In this document: positions 26,266 to 32,000 of the stretch, one piece after another
Numbering within the stretch: the first letter of the stretch is position 1
How the letters are laid out: each line of letters opens with the position of its first letter
Assembly (NCBI RefSeq): GCF_000017945.1
Contig: NC_009776.1
Coordinates: 360,001-392,000, forward strand
DNA from: Ignicoccus hospitalis KIN4/I
Lineage (GTDB): Archaea; Thermoproteota; Thermoprotei_A; Sulfolobales; Ignicoccaceae
Direction: 5' to 3'
DNA length: 32,000 bases
Notes under the pieces: model-generated
Seen by the model: the letters and a program-made list of their open reading frames with translations, nothing else
Database searches by the model: none
What the model was told of the DNA's origin: nothing
Program-made: the position numbers and the translations under genes

Positions 26266-27235
26266 GGAAAGCAATCGCCTCCCCCGGGGGCTCGATAGGC
26301 TTCGCGTCCGGCAGCTGCGGCTACGTAGTGGACGAGAGTGGGGTCTTCCAAGGCGTGGATTGCGGAAACGAGATGATGGACGTTAGCCAAGCGAACGGGC
26401 TCTTCGCCTTCTTGGACGGGGAGGGAAGGTCTACCTCCTCTACGACGACAGCGTGTGGAAGAGGTTGGATGTCGGGGAGGAGTACTCCAAGGCCTTGGCC
26501 CTCTTGAATGAAGGCTTGATCTCTTGCGGCGAGCTGTGCGGGAAGTTCGACTTAGACGGGAACGGCTTGTGGAGCTTTGAACTGGGCGGGGAGGCGGCCG
26601 GGGTGGTCGTAAACAAGGACTTCGCCTTCGTCTTGGATAAGGAGAACAAGAGGCTCTTGGTAGTTGACTTGGACTCCGGGAGGGCAGTTAGGGAGAGGAA
26701 GTACCTCCGAGAGCCCTTAGCAATAGCCTCGTGCGGCAAGTACTTGGCAGTGGCGACTTCAAACAAACTCTTCTTGTACGACGTGGGCGACAGGAGGAGG
26801 CAGAGGGCCCTCTCGCAAGCGAGGCTCGAGCTGGGAACGCCCTCGCTCGCGTTCTCCCCGGACTGCAAGCGGCTCGCGGTCTTGGGCGGGGGGAGACTTC
26901 GCCTCTTGGACTTGAACGGCGAAGTCTTGTGCGAGGCCCCCTTGCCCCGGGCCTCCTCGGTCGCTTGGTGGAGGGACGAACTGATAATAGGGTTCGAGGA
27001 CGGGAGGTTGGCCGCTTACGAGCTCGAGGGCTACAAGCCGACGGTGAAGGTAGTGAAGGAGAGGTCCGTCGATCTCCCGGTCTTGAAATTCTTCCCAATG
27101 GAGGTCAAAGGGAAGGTCTTTGAGGCCGAACTGAAGCTGGTGCCGGAGCCCCTCTCCGGGAGGTGGAGCTGCTCCAAGGTGGGCGAGGGGACCAAGCGGT
27201 CATTTACAAGTGCTGGAGGGACGAGGAAACCATAG
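26262..27235 (+). pseudogene. Beta-propeller repeat protein, paralogue 2, split over two frames (-1 break at about 26421-26425)
   Basis: The first frame reads ...SQANGLFAFLDGE(G). The -1 frame continues GKVYLLYDDSVWKRLDVG. Together these align residue for residue with paralogue 1 (NRVFGFVNTDDYVYLFYEDGTFWKKIEVG). Later blocks FSPDCKRLAV and VAWWRDELIIGF also match. Confidence 0.7.
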
Positions 27236-27951
27236 CCTTGAGGGTTGCGAAGGGCTTCGTGGAGGTCCTCGTGGGGGAGGCGCCAACCGTAACGCCCTCG
27301 CAGTTCTCGAGCTTCTTAAAGGAGGTGTCGAGGCAAGCGCTCCTCAAGCACCCTTACTTGCTGGAGGTGAAGGGCTACTCTGAGGAGTACCCCTTGGTGG
27401 CCTACGAGTTCGCGGACGGGGGGAGCCTGGAGTACCAGCTCGCCCGGGGGTGGGAGCCATTGCCGGAGGAGGCCTTGGCGGTTGGAATAAGGGTCGGGGA
27501 GGCGCTGGAGTACCTCCACTCCCGCGGCTTCGTGCACGGGGACGTAAAGCCCTCAAACGTGTTCGCCTTCACGAAGGGAATAGTTAAGCTTGGGGACTTG
27601 CAGAGCTTGAAGAAGGCGATGGCGAGGACCACGGGGAAGCTCTACTTCACCCCGGGCTTCGCCGCCCCGGAGCAGTACTTCTTGGACTTGAGGGAGCCGG
27701 GGGAGGAGGAGAAGGTAGACTCCTACCAGCTAGCCAACTTGGTGCTTTACTTGCTCAAGAGGGAGAGCGTGGACGGGGAAGAGCTGGCCTCGGGGAACGC
27801 GGACTTGGAGGAGGCCTTGGGAGGGCTAGGGGAGCTGGGGGAGGTATTGAAGAGGGGGCTCAAGGTTAGGCCCTCCGAGAGGGCGAGCGTAGGGGAGCTG
27901 GTGGAGGAGTTCAAGGCCCTCTTGGAGAAGCTCGGGGGAGGCGAGGGGTGA
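27163..27951 (+). CDS. Eukaryotic-type Ser/Thr protein kinase domain protein
   Basis: Catalytic loop HSRGFVHGDVKPSNV, Mg-loop LGDLQS, FAAPEQ (APE), hinge LVAYEFADGGSL and alphaC E in LKEVSRQALLKHPYLLEV. The track start at 27163 (GTG) overlaps the upstream ORF by 73 nt. Confidence 0.8.
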   Translation: MELLQGGRGDQAVIYKCWRDEETIALRVAKGFVEVLVGEAPTVTPSQFSSFLKEVSRQALLKHPYLLEVKGYSEEYPLVAYEFADGGSLEYQLARGWEPLPEEALAVGIRVGEALEYLHSRGFVHGDVKPSNVFAFTKGIVKLGDLQSLKKAMARTTGKLYFTPGFAAPEQYFLDLREPGEEEKVDSYQLANLVLYLLKRESVDGEELASGNADLEEALGGLGELGEVLKRGLKVRPSERASVGELVEEFKALLEKLGGGEG

Positions 27952-28034
27952 AAGGCTTCTACGCTCAGCGCGCCACAGTAAGGTCGGCGGCCCTCAACGG
28001 GCTTAACGGCCGAAGCGCCTTGGAAGTCCTAGCC

Positions 28035-28694
28035 TCACCTCTTAGCCAGCGCCTCCACCACCTTGCCCAGCATGTCAGCCACCAACTTCATCTGGGAGTT
28101 CAGCCCCGCCATCCCCGCCTTCAGTTCGTCCATCGACTGCTCTATGTCGTCCATCCTCTTGCTGAGCTCTTCTTTCAGTTCATCTATCCTTTTGTTCAAC
28201 CTCCCTTCCATGAGCTTCATCTCTTCCCACAACTGGTCGATCTTCCTATTGGTCTCATCGATCCTATTGTTCAACTCGTTCCTGACGTCCTCGATCTTCC
28301 TATTGAGCTCCTCCTTAACCTCGTCGATCCTTTTGTTAGTTTCGTCTATCCTACTGTTCAACCTCTTCTCTACCTCATCTATTCTCTTGTCCAGCCTCTT
28401 CTCAACTTCCCTCAACTCCACTCTGTTGAGCTCTATTTGTTTGGACAGTACCTCGTAGCTCACCTTGGTTTGGTTCAGGACCATGAAGAGCAGGATGAAG
28501 TTCGCTTCGGAATCCGTAATTGGCTTGCCCGCCCTGAGCTTGTCGAGTATTTCTGCGAACTTCTGGGAAGCGTACTGGAAGGCCAAGTCCAGCAGTTGAT
28601 CGGGAAGGGACACGGCCCTTACCCTCCTAGCTTTGTCCGCAATTGTTATAAATAAGTTCAATTCTCTCCGGTCTGTCACAGTCGGCACTTGCAT
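28035..28694 (-). CDS. Coiled-coil protein with a reiterated (R/K)-I-D-E motif
   Basis: KRIDEVEKRLNSRIDETNKRIDEVKEELNRKIEDVRNELNNRIDETNRKIDQL...NKRIDELKEELSKRMDDIEQ. Motif spacing is 11, 7, 11, 11, 7, 18 and 11 residues. The start is uncertain (ATG at 28694 or GTG near 28618). Confidence 0.7.
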   Translation of the reverse strand: MQVPTVTDRRELNLFITIADKARRVRAVSLPDQLLDLAFQYASQKFAEILDKLRAGKPITDSEANFILLFMVLNQTKVSYEVLSKQIELNRVELREVEKRLDKRIDEVEKRLNSRIDETNKRIDEVKEELNRKIEDVRNELNNRIDETNRKIDQLWEEMKLMEGRLNKRIDELKEELSKRMDDIEQSMDELKAGMAGLNSQMKLVADMLGKVVEALAKR

Positions 28695-28732
28695 TCAAAT
28701 AGTAACCCCATCGGGACGGCGGAGTTCTTCAG

Positions 28733-28893
28733 CTTTCCGCCCTCTCCTGAGACTCCACTTGCTGAAACTAGCTTTAAAGGGGAAAGAGATAACAATAACC
28801 TTTCTATCCTCTTTTGAGACTCCACTGAACACGAGAAATGCTTAATCGACAATTCGCTTAAGATCATCTTTCTATCCTCTTTTGAGACTCCAC
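28733..28893 (-). CRISPR. Mini CRISPR-like array: 2 identical 26-nt repeats + 1 degenerate terminal repeat, 2 unrelated spacers (41 and 42 nt)
   Basis: The + strand repeat CTTTCTATCCTCTTTTGAGACTCCAC lies at 28800-28825 and 28868-28893. A 21/26 copy lies at 28733-28758. The minus-strand repeat is GTGGAGTCTCAAAAGAGGATAGAAAG, which has a GAAAG 3' end. The spacers share no similarity. Confidence 0.6.
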
Positions 28894-29170
28894 CGAGCCC
28901 TTCCATATAAAGCCCCAAGGTCTTTCCCTTAAAAGAATTGCGTTCTGCTGTGAATTTACAATTCCTCTGATTTTTCCCTTTATTTGAGAAATTTTTCCTC
29001 TGCCCTTCCCTCCACGATCTTCAGCGTTCCCATGAAAAGATATAAGGGGTTTGAGAGAGTGAATAGTAATGGTGCGCTTTCGAATATAGGATGTTCCCAT
29101 GTGGGCAAAGATGAAAAGGAAATGAGTAAATACAAAGGTTTGGTGATTTGTAATACTTAGGTATCAAAGA
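28894..29170 (-). promoter_or_regulatory. AT-rich putative CRISPR leader
   Basis: This is the most A/T-rich, non-coding-looking stretch in the window. It abuts the intact-repeat end of the array, opposite the degenerate repeat, as expected for a leader on the minus strand. Confidence 0.4.
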
Positions 29171-29315
29171 AAAAGCAACCCAAGGAAGCCTCGGCCCGAA
29201 GGGGCGCTCCGGAAGGGTGGCCAAGGCTAACGAAAGGGAAAGTGTGGACGGGGCAATCGCGATCAAAACCTCAACAGCCCACAGCGCTCTCCAGCTCGGA
29301 AGGAACGACGAGGGG

Positions 29316-29420
29316 TGGAGCCGCCGGCGGGATTTGAACCCGCGACCACCGGCTCTCCGGCCGGTACTCCCAGAGGTACCGGATACAAGGCCGGCGCTCT
29401 GCCAGCTGAGCTACGGCGGC
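29316..29420 (-). tRNA. tRNA-Thr (anticodon UGU) with a 29-nt intron at the canonical 37/38 position and encoded CCA
   Basis: Folded by hand: acceptor GCCGCCG/CGGCGGC, U8A9, D-arm GCTC-AGCTGGCA-GAGC, anticodon stem CCGGC/GCCGG with loop CUUGUAA after removing the intron at 29355-29383, variable loop TGGTC, T-arm GCGGG-TTCAAAT-CCCGC, discriminator U, CCA. Confidence 0.9.
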
Positions 29421-29442
29421 CCTGAGAGGCGACAAAAGGGGG

Positions 29443-29449
29443 TTTATGA
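29443..29449 (-). promoter_or_regulatory. TATA-like element TCATAAA for the tRNA, overlapping the macro-domain gene stop codon
   Basis: Lies at -23 to -29 relative to the tRNA 5' end at 29420. It contains the TAA stop of the upstream CDS. Confidence 0.35.
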
Positions 29450-29971
29450 GCCGCCCTCCGCGAACTCCCGGGCCGCCCTCAAGAGCTCCTCGTACGCCTT
29501 TTCGCCGTAGGCGTAGAGCCACACTTCCATGCCCTCGCAGCTCTCCTTTATTGCCTTCAACATCTCCTTAGCGGCCGTCCCCACGCTCAGCCCTCCCACC
29601 CCGGCGCCCATCATTGGGAATGCCACCTTCTTCAGGCCCAGCTCCTTCGCGACCTTCAGGGCGGCCTTGGTAGCTAAGTAAGCGTTCTCCGGGGGCACCC
29701 TCATCGCGGGCCTCTCCATAGTCGGGGCGTGGATGACGTACTTCACCTTGAGCTTGCCCGCCGAGGTGGCGATCGCCTCCCCCACCGGCACCGGGGCCTT
29801 CTCGACGGCTTCCCTCTCTATCTCTTCTCCGCCCTTCCTCTTTATCGCGCCCGCCACTCCCCCTCCCATGATCATCAAGCTGTTGGCCGCGTTAACTATC
29901 GCGTTCCCCTCGAACTCCGTTATGTCCCCTTCGGTCAACACCACCTCGCAAGAGCCCACCTTGAGCCTCAA
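29444..29971 (-). CDS. Macro domain protein (ADP-ribose binding / O-acetyl-ADP-ribose deacetylase-like)
   Basis: GDITEFEGNAIVNAANSLMIMGGGVAGAI and VIHAPT...FPMMGAGVGG match macro domain signatures. Confidence 0.85.
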   Translation of the reverse strand: MRLKVGSCEVVLTEGDITEFEGNAIVNAANSLMIMGGGVAGAIKRKGGEEIEREAVEKAPVPVGEAIATSAGKLKVKYVIHAPTMERPAMRVPPENAYLATKAALKVAKELGLKKVAFPMMGAGVGGLSVGTAAKEMLKAIKESCEGMEVWLYAYGEKAYEELLRAAREFAEGGS

Positions 29972-30006
29972 CGCAAGTCCCCGGGGGCTTAAGGGGCCGG
30001 AGGTTT

Positions 30007-30714
30007 TTGGAGGGGGAGCGCGGCTTGATAGAGAGGCTCTCGGCTATCGCCTTGCTGCTCCTCACCGCCCACGCGCTGTGGGTCCACGCGTCCGCGGGGG
30101 AGGTGGAGCCCTTAGAGGTGGTCGCGCTGGAGGCCTTGTGGGCGCCCGTACTCCTCCGGGCCCCGTGCGACAAGAGGGCGCTGTTGGTGGTGTTCGCTGG
30201 CTTCAGCGGCTACTTCTTGCCGAGGCTGATCCCTTACGACGCGTTCTTGAAGCTCGCGATAACAGACGTGATCTTCAATAACTACGTCCTAAGGCCTTTG
30301 GGCGTCGAAATGAAGGTTACTAACGGGGAAATTGTGATATTCTACGACCAGAGGCCCTACGCCGTGTACGCGGTGGGGTGCTCCTCCCTCCGCTCCGGCG
30401 CCTTCTTGGCGCTCATGCCCCTAGCGGCCAGGGGGAGCTTGGGGAGGAGGCTCTTGGCCGCGGCTCTGGGCTACTTACTGAGCTACCCCTTCAACGCCCT
30501 GAGGGTGGCGGCCATAGTGGTGGCCGGCGAGGCCTTGGGGGCTGACCCCTTCTTGGCCCACTTGTTAGTGAGCCCCTTGGCCTCCGTGCTAATAGCTACC
30601 CTAATCATGGTGGTTCAAGAGCTCGTCTTACCGGGCTACTTGGAGGAGGTCTCGGAGGGGGTGGAGTGCTTGCTCAAGCTGGCCAAGCCTTGGTGGCGGA
30701 GTAGGAGTACCTAA
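30007..30714 (+). CDS. Exosortase/archaeosortase-family membrane protein (candidate)
   Basis: Polytopic membrane protein with an ordered Cys/Arg/His triad in family-like contexts: YAVGCSSLRSG (C-S-x-x-R-S), NALRVAAIV (N-x-x-R) and FLAHLLVSP (H). Confidence 0.5.
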   Translation: MEGERGLIERLSAIALLLLTAHALWVHASAGEVEPLEVVALEALWAPVLLRAPCDKRALLVVFAGFSGYFLPRLIPYDAFLKLAITDVIFNNYVLRPLGVEMKVTNGEIVIFYDQRPYAVYAVGCSSLRSGAFLALMPLAARGSLGRRLLAAALGYLLSYPFNALRVAAIVVAGEALGADPFLAHLLVSPLASVLIATLIMVVQELVLPGYLEEVSEGVECLLKLAKPWWRSRST

Positions 30715-31771
30715 TTCCGAGCCCGACCACTATGCCTATCAAGTTCGAGATCAAGTAGTGCACCCCCGCGTAGGTCAAGCCTAGGAGGAAGGCGAGCTGC
30801 GCCGCTGCGCCCAAGACGCTGGCCGCCTCGTAGTGGAGGAACCTCTTCACGACGGATCCCTTCCTCCTGTCCTTGAACGTCACCCTCTCGTGCAACAAGA
30901 AGTTGTAAACCACGGAGGCCTCGAAGCCCGCGAGGCCCGCAGCGGCCAAGCCTAAGGCGCCCAGGGACTTGGCGCCCAAGAGCTCGTAGACCGCGTAGAG
31001 CGCGCCCTCGTTCACCACTATCCCGCTCGCGCCCACGGCGGCGAACGTTAGCATCCTATTGAGCTCGCCGGTCTCCTTCGCCAGCTTCATCAAGTGTATC
31101 AAGTATTCGAGCATAACCCTCCCCCCGAGCTTGGACTCGCCTGCCAACCTCTTGCCGAAGACGTAGGGGACCTCGCAGACCTTCTCGAAGCTCCCCTTCG
31201 CGAGCAGCTCTAGGAGTATCTTGTACCCGAGGGGGTTGAGGGGGAGCTTGGCCCTCTCCACAACTTCCCTCTTGAGCGCGAAGAACCCACTCATGGGGTC
31301 GGTGGTGTACTTAGTGGCCGGCACTAACAGCTTCGCCAAGATGGTAGCGCCCTTACTTATGACCTTCCTAACGAAGTTCCACTCCTCTATCCTGCCCTCC
31401 TTCGAGTACCTAGAGGCTATCACTAAGTCGCAGTCCTCCTTCAGCCTCTTCACGAGCTCGGGCACCACCTCCGGGGGGTGCTGTAGGTCCGCGTCCATGA
31501 CTACGAAGTACTTCCCCTCCGCCACCTCGAAGCCCTTCATTACCGCGCTCGCCAGCCCCCTCTCGTCCTTCCTAACGACAACCTTTACCTTTCCGTGCTC
31601 CAGCTTCAAGTTCCTAGCGACCTCGGCCGTGCCGTCCGGAGAGTTGTCGTCAACCACGACGAGCTCATAGCTTATCCCGGCCTTACCCATGGCCTTGTCC
31701 AACCTCTTCGCCAATACTGGCAAGTTCTCCCTCTCGTTGTACGTCGGCACAATTACCGAGACGTCCACCAA
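30674..31771 (-). CDS. Dolichyl-phosphate mannose/glucose synthase-like GT2 glycosyltransferase with a C-terminal GtrA-like membrane domain
   Basis: Motifs VIVPTYNERENL, VVDDNSPDGT and MDADLQHPP, then four hydrophobic segments (FAAVGASGIVVNEG...). The start is TTG at 31771 or GTG at 31768. Confidence 0.85.
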   Translation of the reverse strand: MVDVSVIVPTYNERENLPVLAKRLDKAMGKAGISYELVVVDDNSPDGTAEVARNLKLEHGKVKVVVRKDERGLASAVMKGFEVAEGKYFVVMDADLQHPPEVVPELVKRLKEDCDLVIASRYSKEGRIEEWNFVRKVISKGATILAKLLVPATKYTTDPMSGFFALKREVVERAKLPLNPLGYKILLELLAKGSFEKVCEVPYVFGKRLAGESKLGGRVMLEYLIHLMKLAKETGELNRMLTFAAVGASGIVVNEGALYAVYELLGAKSLGALGLAAAGLAGFEASVVYNFLLHERVTFKDRRKGSVVKRFLHYEAASVLGAAAQLAFLLGLTYAGVHYLISNLIGIVVGLGIRYSYSATKAWPA

Positions 31772-31777
31772 CCCCGG

Positions 31778-32000
31778 TCATCCGAGCACCGAGAAGAGGC
31801 CGTGCCTTAAGTTCCTGTACAGCGACAAGGCCCACACGACCACGGCCGTAACGCTCTCGTAGGCCAAGTTAGAGTCGTAGAACACCGGCCACCCCCCGTC
31901 GCTCAGCTGGGCCTCCAACAGAGTTAGGACGGACTTCTCCACGGCCTCCCTAACTATCGGGTTCTTGAGGCCCGCGGCCGCCAGGAGGCCCAGAACCCCC
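31778..32000 (-). CDS. 3' end of a CDS running off the window; contains a prenyltransferase/terpene-cyclase-like LSDGGW repeat
   Basis: My translation is ...GLKNPIVREAVEKSVLTLLEAQLSDGGWPVFYDSNLAYESVTAVVVWALSLYRNLRHGLFSVLG*. It has GC3-rich codons, a stop at 31778-31780, and is not in the ORF track. Confidence 0.5.
   Translation of the reverse strand, partial: GVLGLLAAAGLKNPIVREAVEKSVLTLLEAQLSDGGWPVFYDSNLAYESVTAVVVWALSLYRNLRHGLFSVLG

Noticed and set aside
26138-26390. 82-aa ORFs on both strands at the propeller-1/propeller-2 junction
   Set aside because: Their frames differ from the two frames that carry paralogue-supported homology, and their translations are Arg/Gly/Pro low complexity.
27948-28655. 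235-aa plus-strand ORF opposite the coiled-coil gene
   Set aside because: Both strands are open because of the repeats. The minus frame gives a coherent K/E/R/D coiled coil with AGG/AAG codons, while the plus frame gives a repetitive L/V/Q/P/H/F string.
28922-28947. Possible fourth CRISPR repeat beginning ctttccctt
   Set aside because: Only the first 5-6 nt match the repeat, and the spacing of 54 nt breaks the 67-68-nt period. I treat it as part of the leader.
28676-29266. Track ORFs 28676-28918, 28864-29100 and 29021-29266 (78-81 aa)
   Set aside because: They run through the CRISPR-like repeats, spacers and AT-rich leader. Their translations are repeat-derived (ESQKRIER twice) and show no coding-like codon usage.
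29217-29522. ORFs 29217-29510 (+) and 29271-29522 (-)
   Set aside because: They overlap the hand-folded tRNA-Thr gene and the 3' end of the macro-domain CDS, so the tRNA explains this region.

Overview
This window looks like a compact, GC3-rich chromosome segment from a hyperthermophilic crenarchaeon. The evidence is reverse gyrase, Alba, an Elf1 homologue, both ether-lipid prenyltransferases (GGGPS and DGGGPS), an intron-containing tRNA, AGG/ATA codon preference, frequent TTG/GTG starts and 4-nt stop/start overlaps. An Ignicoccus/Desulfurococcales-like source is only a guess. About 1-24 kb and 29.4-32 kb are tightly packed housekeeping genes: archaeal glutamate synthase, HypD, ThiI-like PP-loop ATPase, NMD3, cupin PGI, RibB, RpiA, HdrB-like protein, macro domain, Dpm1-like GT2 and an archaeosortase-like protein. 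About 24.05-29.3 kb is a compositionally mosaic accessory stretch ending at tRNA-Thr(UGU). It holds several unknown ORFs and two tandem paralogous beta-propeller genes followed by a eukaryotic-type Ser/Thr kinase. These reading frames are linked by a run of same-direction (-1) frame breaks at short G/C runs. It also holds a coiled-coil protein with a reiterated R-I-D-E motif and a cas-less mini CRISPR-like array (two identical 26-nt repeats and one degenerate copy, two unrelated spacers) with an AT-rich leader. Several track ORFs appear over-extended at the N-terminus (rpiA, thiI-like, heparinase-like, ubiA). The freed space holds plausible small ORFs absent from the track: a 52-aa zinc ribbon and a 43-aa peptide. 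A 95-aa Gly-rich membrane protein corresponds to a trimmed version of track ORF 22890..23213. All functional calls come from motif recognition by eye, and no database search was possible.
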